Of a DNA stretch of 64,000 nucleotides, positions 56,252 through 64,000 are shown piece after piece; within the stretch, counting starts at the first letter, position 1; the number at the start of each line of letters is the position of its first letter. The notes below the pieces were generated by a model. That model was not told where the DNA came from and did no database searches. It saw only the letters and a list, made by a program, of their open reading frames with translations. This stretch comes from Bacillota bacterium (GTDB taxonomy: Bacteria > Bacillota > Sulfobacillia > JAUYEF01): the NCBI GenBank assembly GCA_030691635.1, contig JAUYEF010000428.1:1486-65485 (forward strand), given 5' to 3'. The position numbers and the translations under genes were made by a program.

Positions 56252-56902
56252 CTATGACAAATCCCTGTGCGCGGGGAGGCAGGCCAGTGCCTCCCCACGT
56301 GCGCTTTTGACCGCTGCCATCGCGGCCGCTATCCCCTGTGCGATCACCTTTGCCATTCGCATCACCAGGCTGAGCCTCGTATTCTGCAGCACGAGATACT
56401 CCATGAACCCGCCTGTATTCACCGTGCCGGTGATGTGAAGCGAGCCAACCGGCGGGAGAGCTTTGTTGACCCCTGCGCCCGGCCGCACTGGGCCGAGCCC
56501 CAGCGAGATGGTGCCGACCTGCTCAGCCTGGCCAAGGCAGGCATCCACGCCCACCACGAGATGGGTGCGCTGCGCCGCCGCGAGGTCGCCACAGGCATCC
56601 CTGAGGTTCATAGCATGCACCGGGTCCTCCAGCGTTCCCCGGATGTCCACGCCCTCCAGCGGCGGACCATCCAGGCCACAGGCAAGCTGCTCAGTGAGCA
56701 GGCTCCCGACCAAAGGGCCGAGCGCATCGCCAGTCGACCTGTCGGTCCCGATACAGACGACGACGATGCGTTCCCAACTCGCGTGGGATAATATCTGGGA
56801 GGCCAGTGAAGATGCGATATGCTCGGCTGCCCGCGGGTCGTGAGCGTCTACGCGGACGCTCCAGGGCTCAGCGTGTTCTGCCTCTAGCGCTGATGCGTGC
56901 AT
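56252..56902 (-). CDS. yyaC: Spore protease YyaC
   Basis: 216-aa ORF. RIVVVCIGTDRSTGDALGPLVG, in the yyaC neighbourhood of parB as in B. subtilis. Confidence 0.8.
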   Translation of the reverse strand: MHASALEAEHAEPWSVRVDAHDPRAAEHIASSLASQILSHASWERIVVVCIGTDRSTGDALGPLVGSLLTEQLACGLDGPPLEGVDIRGTLEDPVHAMNLRDACGDLAAAQRTHLVVGVDACLGQAEQVGTISLGLGPVRPGAGVNKALPPVGSLHITGTVNTGGFMEYLVLQNTRLSLVMRMAKVIAQGIAAAMAAVKSARGEALACLPAHRDLS

Positions 56903-57078
56903 CTACAGGCTCCTTCAGAAGGCTTTGGGGGCATTCACCGAACGCCCGCCGGGGCAATAGAAGTATATGGCAGCATGCCCAAGGCATATGCGCAGCATGT
57001 CCTGTTGTCCAAGAAACGGGAGGAACAGGAGGAACATTGGAGAGGAGACTTGAATTCTGGTCATACCCAGATTAGGGG

Positions 57079-57294
57079 ATGATCGGTTCGGCCTCTCGCG
57101 AGCAGGATAAGTGGTGGCCCCGTGGTGTGGTCCGTTACTTTAGGGACCCCGCAGGCCAGTCGATGCAGCAAACACTGATGACCTTCTACAATGAGCCGGC
57201 CACATGGCGCTGCCCGAACTGCGGCTGGAACGAAGTGTTCAGCCGGTTCAGCCGCCCTCTCTGCAGGAAATGCAGGCACGGCATGAGAGTATAG
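57079..57294 (+). CDS. Small zinc-ribbon protein (uncertain)
   Basis: It has CPNCGW...CRKC in the C-terminal half. SD support is poor for every candidate start. Confidence 0.3.
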   Translation: MIGSASREQDKWWPRGVVRYFRDPAGQSMQQTLMTFYNEPATWRCPNCGWNEVFSRFSRPLCRKCRHGMRV

Positions 57295-57305
57295 GAGAAG
57301 CGGAA

Positions 57306-57872
57306 ATGAGGTCCACGGAACCATCAGCGCCTTCCCAGGGCGATGCGCTGGAACTCTGGGAAAAGGCCGTAAAGCACATGGATAAGGGTGAATGGCAGGA
57401 GGCCCGGCAGGCTCTCGAGGGAGTCCTGGCCATCGAGCCAGACCACCCCGGTTCGCTCAACAAGCTTGGCGTGTGCCTTGTGGAGAGCGGAGACACATCC
57501 GGCGCTGAGGCCATGTTCCGGCGGGCTCTTGAAGTGGACCCCCAAATGGCGCAAGCCCACAGTAACCTGGGCAATATCGAGCTAACGCGGGGGTGTGCGG
57601 CAGCCGCGCGGGACTTGTACCTGGAGGCCCTCAAGCTGGATCCTAACTACTCGCTCGCGCACCATAACCTGTCCGCTGCCTACAAGCGTCTGGGGCAGAT
57701 AGATAAGGCTATCGCCGAACATAAGAAAGCCCGATCGCTCGAATCCCAACACGGCCGGTCGGCCGGTTATGCTGCACCTGACCAGTCCCGGCCGGCGCGA
57801 AGCCGGCTCGGCTGTGTGTTCTGGCTGGTAATCCTGGGTATTATGATCGCTATCATCATGACCTTGAGGTAG
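57306..57872 (+). CDS. TPR repeat protein with a C-terminal TM anchor
   Basis: The ATG at 57306 follows AGGAGAAG. TPR-like repeats are present (AMFRRALEVDPQMAQAHSNLGNIEL, DLYLEALKLDPNYSLAHHNLSAAYKRLG). The tail is CVFWLVILGIMIAIIM. Confidence 0.7.
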   Translation: MRSTEPSAPSQGDALELWEKAVKHMDKGEWQEARQALEGVLAIEPDHPGSLNKLGVCLVESGDTSGAEAMFRRALEVDPQMAQAHSNLGNIELTRGCAAAARDLYLEALKLDPNYSLAHHNLSAAYKRLGQIDKAIAEHKKARSLESQHGRSAGYAAPDQSRPARSRLGCVFWLVILGIMIAIIMTLR

Positions 57873-57876
57873 TTGT

Positions 57877-59040
57877 GTGCAGCACCCGCAGGTAAGGAGG
57901 GTATCATGGCCGCGCGTACTGCTCGGGCTGTTGTTCCTCGCCCTGGTGTGCGCCGCGGGCGTATTCCTTGTCCCACGTCTGCGACCGGCAGGCGAAACTG
58001 CGCCGTCCGGTAAGCAGCCGCAGGAGCTCTGGAGGGTATCGCTCGGTCATCCGCTCCCGGTGGCGGCCCTGGCCACGGGGGATACGCTGGCCTGCCTGCA
58101 GGAACAGGGCAACTCGCAGATCGTCCAGATTGATGGCACGGGCAAGATTGGCTGGAAGGAAGCGCTCCCGGGGAAGCCGGCGGGCACGCGGCCCACGAGC
58201 CGTGGGCTTTTGGTGTTCGCGCCCACTTACGTGCGTTTCTACGGTGTCCGAGGTTTACTATGGCAGTACAAGCCGGACCTACAGGTTATCTGGGCTTTTC
58301 CGACTGAGGACGGGGGAGCGGTCATATCCTTCGACACAGATGACCCGGACCCCAGGGAAGGGCCTTTCTCAGAACGCGTGTCCTACCTGGATCCGAAAGG
58401 GAAGAAAGTCTGGGACAGGACCGCCCGGGACCGCACGCTGTTTTCCGCGGACTCGTCAGCGGACGGGGAGACGTTGGTCACACTGAGCCTGTCCCAGGCA
58501 AGCGGTGCGGAGGCCATTTTCACCCTGTACAAGAGAAGCGGTACCGTTCTCGGCGAGTACCGGGGCGCAGGCAACCTGTTCTGCGCCGCGCGTGTCGCGA
58601 CTGCCGGGGACATGACCGTGATGGAGTTTGCGGATAGAGTCAGCGCCGTCAGCGCAGCCGCGCGGTGGAGCTACCAGCTTGACGGGGAAGCGACCGGCCT
58701 TGGCCTGAGCGGCCGGAAAGACGTCCTGGCGCTGGTCAGGCCAAAGGCCAGAAACCCGGTGTTCGATCTTCTCGCCGGGTGCTACCTTGTGAGCATATCC
58801 GCGGGAGGCACCAAGAACTGGCAACAGAAGGTGCCGGCCGGCTCCTATGGATTGTGGGTCGACGGCGCCACGGGCACGGCAATTGTCGCCACACCTGACG
58901 GTCTAAAAGGCTATGACAGCGGCGGGGTCCAGTCTTGGGAGGCTCGGACTCCCTCCGCAGTCCGGGCCGTGTCGTTCTTCAAGGACGGGTCGTTTCTAGC
59001 GGTATTGAGCTCCGGCACCCTGGTACACTACAGACGCTGA
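57877..59040 (+). CDS. Membrane-anchored beta-propeller-like repeat protein
   Basis: 387-aa ORF with an N-terminal TM segment (VLLGLLFLALVCAAGVF). Repeated G-x-x-W/beta-strand-rich segments follow. No family assigned. Confidence 0.55.
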   Translation: MQHPQVRRVSWPRVLLGLLFLALVCAAGVFLVPRLRPAGETAPSGKQPQELWRVSLGHPLPVAALATGDTLACLQEQGNSQIVQIDGTGKIGWKEALPGKPAGTRPTSRGLLVFAPTYVRFYGVRGLLWQYKPDLQVIWAFPTEDGGAVISFDTDDPDPREGPFSERVSYLDPKGKKVWDRTARDRTLFSADSSADGETLVTLSLSQASGAEAIFTLYKRSGTVLGEYRGAGNLFCAARVATAGDMTVMEFADRVSAVSAAARWSYQLDGEATGLGLSGRKDVLALVRPKARNPVFDLLAGCYLVSISAGGTKNWQQKVPAGSYGLWVDGATGTAIVATPDGLKGYDSGGVQSWEARTPSAVRAVSFFKDGSFLAVLSSGTLVHYRR

Positions 59041-59044
59041 GAGG

Positions 59045-59836
59045 GTGGGAAAAGTGGCCACTGTCGAACGCTGGTTCTCCTGGTTTCTCGGCCTGCTTCC
59101 AGGCGTAAGCTGGTTCCGCCAGTTCAACTGGCTGGATTTGGTGCTTATCCTGGTCATACTCTACGGGATCTACAGAGGGCTGCGCGCCGGCTTCATCCGG
59201 ATGATCCTGGGGCTCGTCGGCGTTGCTCTCGGGTTCTGGGGCGCCGCGACGTGGTCTCCTGCACTGGTGGCCTGGTCCGAGAACAAGTTCCGCTGGGTCA
59301 GCTCATTCTCCCTGGTGACGCGGAAGCACATCTCAATCCCCCTCGAGGTGGCAACCAAGCCGCTCAAGGACCTCGACCCGTCCGAGATGGTCCAGACCGT
59401 GCTGTCTCTCCCCCTGCCGCAGGAGCTGAAGGCGGCGACAGCACGCTACATTTCGAACCTGGGTATGAGCATGGGCGCAAGCGGCGCCAGCACGGTGGGA
59501 GAATACCTCTACAGGACTCTCGCCTCACTCTGCCTGCACGCAGCCGCGTTCATACTGATCTTCTTCGTGGTCCGGGGAATCGCGGCGCTCATGTCCGAAG
59601 TCCTCACCCGGACTCTGGCGGGGGGGATCGCCGGCTCGTTCATCAACCGGCTGCTTGGCGCGTCTGCCGGGTTCTTGCAGACCACGATAGTGCTGGTGGC
59701 GATGTGCGGTCTGCTGACGCCGATATTGAACATGAGCGCGTTCAGCATAGGCAAGACATTCGCGGAGTCCAGGATCGTGCCCATCCTGTCCAGGACGTTC
59801 ATGTGGGCTGTCGGCAGGTTCGGAGGCGGGCTGTAG
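59045..59836 (+). CDS. CvpA family membrane protein
   Basis: 263-aa ORF. FNWLDLVLILVILYGIYRGLRAGFIRMILGLVG. Confidence 0.75.
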   Translation: MGKVATVERWFSWFLGLLPGVSWFRQFNWLDLVLILVILYGIYRGLRAGFIRMILGLVGVALGFWGAATWSPALVAWSENKFRWVSSFSLVTRKHISIPLEVATKPLKDLDPSEMVQTVLSLPLPQELKAATARYISNLGMSMGASGASTVGEYLYRTLASLCLHAAAFILIFFVVRGIAALMSEVLTRTLAGGIAGSFINRLLGASAGFLQTTIVLVAMCGLLTPILNMSAFSIGKTFAESRIVPILSRTFMWAVGRFGGGL

Positions 59837-60637
59837 ATGCCCGAAGTCCAGTGGCGCGCAACCGGGGGGATCGTGGTCCGCATCCTGCTCTTGATGGTGC
59901 TCGGTAACCTGGTCATCCGCGTTGGGTCGGCGGTCATCAACCGTGTCATCGCCGCCCGGAAGCCGGGCGCGCCAGGCCTGCCGCGTGTCCGGACGATGGC
60001 AGCGCTTCTCCGGAGTGTGCTGAAGTATGCGGTCGACTTCGTCGTCCTGGTGTCGGTGCTTGAACTTGTGGATATCAAGACCTCATCGGTGCTTGCGGGA
60101 GCCGGTATCGTCGGGCTTGCGGTCGGCTTCGGCGCGCAAAACCTAGTGAAGGACGTAATCGCCGGCTTCTTCATACTGCTAGAGGACCAGTTCGCTGTCG
60201 GCGACTACGTGACCATCGCTGGAATCACGGGGACGGTTGAAGAAGTCGGGCTTCGCTCCACTCGCGTAAGGGGATTGGGCGGCGAGACGCACGTGATACC
60301 CAACGGGATCATCGACCGCAGCGCCAACATGTCCCGCGGCAGCACGCTCGCGGTTGTCGATGTGCCGGTCTCGGCGGACGAGCAAATCGGGCGGGTGTCT
60401 CAAGTGCTGAAGGACGCGATCGCAGGCATCGGCCGCTCGGAGAGCGCGATCAAGGAGGGGCCCGAACTGCTGGGTCCTGTGGCGCTGTCCGAAAAGGGCG
60501 TGACGCTACGGATTACGGCCAGGACCGAAGCGCTGCAGCACTGGGCCGTGGAGCGCCGCATTCGCACTGTTGTCAAGGAAGCTTTTGAACATGAAGGCAT
60601 CAGGTTCCCTATGCCCTTCCCTGTGTCAAAGGAGTGA
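59837..60637 (+). CDS. Small-conductance mechanosensitive channel (MscS family)
   Basis: 266-aa ORF. GAGIVGLAVGFGAQNLVKDVIAGFFILLEDQFAVGDYV. Confidence 0.85.
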   Translation: MPEVQWRATGGIVVRILLLMVLGNLVIRVGSAVINRVIAARKPGAPGLPRVRTMAALLRSVLKYAVDFVVLVSVLELVDIKTSSVLAGAGIVGLAVGFGAQNLVKDVIAGFFILLEDQFAVGDYVTIAGITGTVEEVGLRSTRVRGLGGETHVIPNGIIDRSANMSRGSTLAVVDVPVSADEQIGRVSQVLKDAIAGIGRSESAIKEGPELLGPVALSEKGVTLRITARTEALQHWAVERRIRTVVKEAFEHEGIRFPMPFPVSKE

Positions 60638-60831
60638 CCGCAGTGCTCAAGATCAACGTGGGCGATGTGGTCAAGCTGAGGAAGATGCACCCTTGCGGCA
60701 GCAACATCTGGGAGATAACGCGCACAGGCATCGACATCGGCCTCAAGTGCCGCGGCTGCGGCCACAGGGTCATGATCCCGAGGACGAAGTTCGAGCGCGT
60801 GTGCAAGCAGGTTATAGGGACGGTGGAGTAG
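60634..60831 (+). CDS. DUF951 family protein
   Basis: 65-aa ORF. VGDVVKLRKMHPCGSNIWEITRTGIDIGLKCRGCGHRVMIPR, upstream of ychF as in Bacillus. Confidence 0.8.
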   Translation: MTAVLKINVGDVVKLRKMHPCGSNIWEITRTGIDIGLKCRGCGHRVMIPRTKFERVCKQVIGTVE

Positions 60832-61932
60832 ATGGGCTGGAAGTGCGGTATCGTCGGCCTGCCCAACTCCGGAAAGTCCACTCTTTTCAACTCCTTCGTC
60901 GGGTCCGGCGCGCAGGTCGCCGAATACCCCTTCACCACCATCGACCCCAACATCGGTGTGGTGCTCTTGCCCGACAGCCGGCTTGATGCCGTAGCGGAGA
61001 TTTCCGGTTCCGCTACAAAGACTCCCACGGCCATAGAGGTTGTGGACATCGCCGGGCTGGTCAAGGGCGCACACGCGGGGGAGGGCCTGGGCAACCGTTT
61101 CCTTTCCCACATCCGGGGCACAGATGCCATTCTTCACGTCGTCCGCTCCTTTACGGCGCCTCGGGTCCCGCACACCATGGGGAGAATCGACGCCGCCGAC
61201 GATGCCGCCGTCGTGGACCTGGAGCTGGTGCTGGCTGATCTAGAGGTCGTCGAGCGCAGGCTTGCCCGCATATCCAAGGCGGTGAAGTCAGGAGACTCCA
61301 GCAGGCAGGAGCTTTCCGCGCTCGAGAAGGCCCGCGAGGCGCTGGGACAAGGCAAGCCCGTACGGCTGGCGAGCCTCAGCGATGAAGAGCGGCTCGCAGT
61401 CCAGGGCATGGCGCTGCTCACGGGCAAGCCCTGCGTGTACGTGGTTAACGTGCCAGAGGAATTCGCGGGCGCACCCGAACGAGCGCCCGGCTACGCCACG
61501 GTCGAGAAATATGCCAGTGCCGCTGGTGCCATGGTCTGTGGGCTGTCGTGCAAGATAGAATCCGAGCTGTCCGAGCTGCCCCTGGAGGAAGCCGGGGTGT
61601 TTGCGTCCGAGATCGGCATATCTGAGCGCGGGACCGACCGGCTCGTGAGGCTCGGTTACAGGCTGCTTGACCTTATCACTTTCTTCACTGCGAACGACAA
61701 CGAAGCGCGGGCCTGGACGCTTGAACGGGGATTGTGCGTGCTTGATGCGGCTGCCAGAGTGCATACGGACATGGCACAAGGCTTCATCCGGGCAATAGTG
61801 ACACCGTCTGCCGACCTCATGAAAGCCGGTTCGTACGCAAAGGCAAGGCTTGCCGGCGCGACCCGGATTGAGGGCAAAGAGTATGTCGTCAAAGACGGCG
61901 ATGTTGTGCTGATCAGGTTCAATCCTGCTTGA
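60832..61932 (+). CDS. ychF: Redox-regulated ATPase YchF
   Basis: 366-aa ORF. CGIVGLPNSGKSTLFN and a C-terminal TGS-like region (EGKEYVVKDGDVVLIRFN). Confidence 0.95.
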   Translation: MGWKCGIVGLPNSGKSTLFNSFVGSGAQVAEYPFTTIDPNIGVVLLPDSRLDAVAEISGSATKTPTAIEVVDIAGLVKGAHAGEGLGNRFLSHIRGTDAILHVVRSFTAPRVPHTMGRIDAADDAAVVDLELVLADLEVVERRLARISKAVKSGDSSRQELSALEKAREALGQGKPVRLASLSDEERLAVQGMALLTGKPCVYVVNVPEEFAGAPERAPGYATVEKYASAAGAMVCGLSCKIESELSELPLEEAGVFASEIGISERGTDRLVRLGYRLLDLITFFTANDNEARAWTLERGLCVLDAAARVHTDMAQGFIRAIVTPSADLMKAGSYAKARLAGATRIEGKEYVVKDGDVVLIRFNPA

Positions 61933-62020
61933 CGAGGCAAGTGCCGCGCCAGCTGTGTATACAGCCCAAAACATAACCGGCCATACCCTCGGTGACGGAC
62001 TACACCGGTGACTGCGTTTG

Positions 62021-62049
62021 CTTGAAGCCGCTGAGCGCACGTTGTATAA
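62021..62049 (+). promoter_or_regulatory. rpsF operon promoter
   Basis: TTGAAG (62021-62026), 17 nt, TATAAT (62044-62049). A ~120-nt leader follows, with the hairpin GAGAACT...AGTTCTC at 62088-62110. Confidence 0.5.
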
Positions 62050-62169
62050 TTGCGATGGTTGCAAAGGTCGTCCATCCAACTCAATCCTGAGAACTAGTTT
62101 TGCCAGTTCTCCCCTGCTCCGCGTGAGAATCGTGGAGCCGCACAGTCCAGAGAGGGAGGTGTACACGTA

Positions 62170-62691
62170 TTGAAACCTTACGAGACCATGTTTGTCCTCA
62201 AGTCTGACCTCGAAGAAGAGCAGATCAATTCCCTCGTCGAGCGTTTCAGCCAGGTCATCGCCACCCAGGGTGGCACAGTCGAAAACGTCGACAGGTGGGG
62301 GAAAAGGCGGCTCGCCTATGAGGTGGAGGGTTTCCACGAAGGGTACTACGTCATAATCAGGTTCCAGGGTGGACCCGCGGTGGCGAGTGAGCTCGACCGG
62401 ACGTTCCGGATCACGGACAGCGTCCTACGGCAGGTGATCTTGCGCGCGGACAATATCGGCCCGCGCGTGCCAGAGAGGCGCGATGAACCGAAGCTCCCAG
62501 AGCCCAAGATGCCGGAGCTCAAGGCACGGGAGCCCAAGCTTCCAGAGCCAAGAGTCCAGGGAACTAGGACTCAGGAGCCAAAGGTTCAGGAAACCAGGAT
62601 GCCGGAACCCGAGATCCAGGCGGCTCAGGTCCAGGAACCCAAAGTCCAGGAGCCCGAGATCCAGGAACCGACGGTCGAAGAACCTAAATAA
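62170..62691 (+). CDS. rpsF: 30S ribosomal protein S6 with a ~70-aa repetitive C-terminal extension
   Basis: (M)KPYETMFVLKSDLEEEQ...DRWGKRRLAYEVEGFHEGYYVIIRF, followed by Pro/Glu/Lys/Gln repeats. Confidence 0.9.
   Translation: MKPYETMFVLKSDLEEEQINSLVERFSQVIATQGGTVENVDRWGKRRLAYEVEGFHEGYYVIIRFQGGPAVASELDRTFRITDSVLRQVILRADNIGPRVPERRDEPKLPEPKMPELKAREPKLPEPRVQGTRTQEPKVQETRMPEPEIQAAQVQEPKVQEPEIQEPTVEEPK
62470..62688 (+). repeat. Degenerate ~15-nt tandem repeats encoding EP(K/E)(V/I)Q units
   Basis: The DNA repeats are GARCCNRARRTCCAG-like. The peptide is EPKLPEPKMPELKAREPKLPEPRVQ...QEPKVQETRMPEPEIQAAQVQEPKVQEPEIQEPTVEEPK. Confidence 0.6.
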
Positions 62692-62704
62692 GAGGTGCAG
62701 CAGA

Positions 62705-63103
62705 TTGCTTAACCGGATTGTCCTGGTTGGACGGCTTACCAAAGACCCCGAACTCAGGTATACCCCGAACGGCAAAGCTGTCGCGGGGTTCAGCCTCGCT
62801 GTCTCGAGACGGTTCTCCAACGCACAGGGAGAACGGGAGACCGACTTCATAGACATCGTGTTGTGGGGCAAGCTGGCCGAGACGTGCACGAACCACCTGA
62901 AAAAAGGCAGGCTAGTGGGCGTGGACGGACGGCTGCAGATTCGCTCATACGAGGCGCAGGATGGCCAGAAGCGCCGCGTGGCGGAGGTCATCGCGGACAA
63001 CGTGGCGTTCCTCGACAAGCCGAAGGAGAGCGGCCCCGCTGAAACGACAGAGGAAGAGTTCGGCAGCGAGATCAAGGTCTCCGCTGACGAGGTACCCTTC
63101 TAA
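62705..63103 (+). CDS. ssb: Single-stranded DNA-binding protein
   Basis: The TTG at 62705 follows AAGAGGTG. (M)LNRIVLVGRLTKDPELRYTPNGKAVAGFSLAV, with the acidic tail ending DEVPF. Confidence 0.9.
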   Translation: MLNRIVLVGRLTKDPELRYTPNGKAVAGFSLAVSRRFSNAQGERETDFIDIVLWGKLAETCTNHLKKGRLVGVDGRLQIRSYEAQDGQKRRVAEVIADNVAFLDKPKESGPAETTEEEFGSEIKVSADEVPF

Positions 63104-63115
63104 GGAGGATAGGCG

Positions 63116-63349
63116 ATGAGACGAGATCGCGGACGCAGGCCGAAGAAAAAGGTTTGTAGCTTCTGCGTCGACAAGATAGAGCACATAGAGTACAAGGATG
63201 CCGCGAGGCTCCGGCGCTATGTCAACGAGCGCGGCAAGATCGTGCCGAGGCGTATCTCCGGAAACTGCGCGCGCCACCAGCGCGAGATGACGCTAGCCGT
63301 AAAAAGAGCCCGGCTAGTAGCGCTTCTTCCATTCACTGTGGAGTCCTAG
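63116..63349 (+). CDS. rpsR: 30S ribosomal protein S18
   Basis: 77-aa [46 protein letters not shown]. Confidence 0.95.
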   Translation: MRRDRGRRPKKKVCSFCVDKIEHIEYKDAARLRRYVNERGKIVPRRISGNCARHQREMTLAVKRARLVALLPFTVES

Positions 63350-63364
63350 CAGGGCGGGAAGATG

Positions 63365-63397
63365 GGGGGCGCGCAGGACGCGCCCCCTGTTTTTTGT
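63365..63397 (+). terminator. Rho-independent terminator of the rpsF-ssb-rpsR operon
   Basis: GGGGGCGCG-cagga-CGCGCCCCC followed by TGTTTTTTGTT. Confidence 0.8.
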
Positions 63398-63523
63398 TAT
63401 TATTGTATGTGCGGCTTCGCCCCGCACGGCATGCTACCGCTCCCGGTGAGCGCCGTGGCATAAAGGAGAAAGTTTCGGGGCACTAGAACATGCAATTGGC
63501 GAGGAAGCGAGGAGGTGAGAAAT

Positions 63524-64000
63524 GTGGCTCGTCCCAGGGTGGACCCGCGACCGCTGACTGAAGGCGCGCTATTTGCCGGCCTGGCCGTTGTGCTCGCGCT
63601 CATAGGTTTTTACATTCCGGTTATTGGCATATTTGTGAGCCTGCTGTGGCCGGTTCCCATCTCGCTCATGGTGTTGAGGCATGGTATCCGCACGGCGGTG
63701 ATGACCGTGGTCGTCGCCGGGGCCGTGTTGTCGATGGTCGTCGGCATACTTGAAGGGACTATCATGACCCTGACGATGGGTGTCGTCGGCCTGGCCATGG
63801 GCTACGCCATCTCTAGAGGCTGGAGCGCGTTCCGCACCCTCGCGATCGCATCTGTAGCCGTCCTGGTAGGGCTAGCGGTGTCCGTAGGCGCCAGCGTGGT
63901 GTTTCTGCGGCTGAACGTGATCGATCTGCTGGCTCCGGACCTGTCTGAAGCGGCCAAGTCGGTGTCCGAACTCTACGCGAAGTTCGGGATCCCGAAGGAG
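63524..64000 (+). CDS. yybS: YybS (DUF2232) family membrane protein, 3' end beyond the window
   Basis: The GTG at 63524 lies 8 nt after GGAGG. (M)ARPRVDPRPLTEGALFAGLAVVLALIGFYIPVIGIFVSLLWPVPISLMVLRHG. It is open to the window end, after rpsR as in B. subtilis. Confidence 0.7.
   Translation, partial: MARPRVDPRPLTEGALFAGLAVVLALIGFYIPVIGIFVSLLWPVPISLMVLRHGIRTAVMTVVVAGAVLSMVVGILEGTIMTLTMGVVGLAMGYAISRGWSAFRTLAIASVAVLVGLAVSVGASVVFLRLNVIDLLAPDLSEAAKSVSELYAKFGIPKE

Noticed and set aside
54847-56298. 483-aa minus-strand ORF
   Set aside because: It is antisense to the lipid-kinase, phosphoribosyltransferase and ykuS genes, all of which have clear family motifs.
61288-62337. 349-aa minus-strand ORF
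   Set aside because: It is antisense to ychF and the rpsF start, with no motifs.

Overview
This is a GC-rich chromosomal segment centred on the replication origin of a Bacillota-like, apparently endospore-forming bacterium (bofA, yaaL, yyaC, yidC/spoIIIJ-jag and noc-soj-parB are present). dnaA lies at 39.8-41.2 kb with DnaA-box clusters on both sides. Nearly every gene to its left is on the minus strand and nearly every gene to its right is on the plus strand; the exceptions are 14452-14949 and 56252-56902. Gene order mirrors the Bacillus subtilis origin region. On one side it runs serS - tRNAs - tadA - SRP RNA - dnaX - ybaB - recR - yaaL - bofA. On the other it runs gyrA-gyrB-remB-recF-yaaA-dnaN-dnaA | rpmH-rnpA-yidD-yidC-jag-mnmE-mnmG-rsmG-noc-soj-parB ... 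yyaC ... ychF-rpsF-ssb-rpsR-yybS. The interesting parts are the departures from that backbone. (i) A roughly 14-kb minus-strand Pel-like exopolysaccharide island (256-14395) carries a PelF-TPR fusion, two DivIVA-like coiled-coil genes, a PelG-like membrane protein, an interrupted GT-C-like gene, GT2, ATP-grasp, a membrane HD-GYP protein with a Cys-rich tail, a GH114-like hydrolase, a CE4 deacetylase and a D-aminoacylase-family amidohydrolase. (ii) A serine (UCC) T-box leader precedes mtnP-mtnA-serS. (iii) A free-standing promoter/terminator unit for an unassigned ~260-nt RNA sits between serS and a tRNA cluster holding all four tRNA-Ser isoacceptors. (iv) archease-rtcB follows gyrA. (v) Three conserved genes have conserved N-termini that are reachable only from CTG start codons. 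(vi) There is a DUF721/DciA-like gene with a zinc-ribbon extension, a textbook DnaA-box/DnaA-trio/AT-rich unwinding module, two perfect parS sites and a perfect Noc-binding site inside noc. I saw no rRNA, CRISPR, transposase or prophage genes. All family assignments come from reading motifs in the supplied translations and the DNA, not from database searches. The ORF track renders GTG/TTG starts as M, and I refined several starts by hand.
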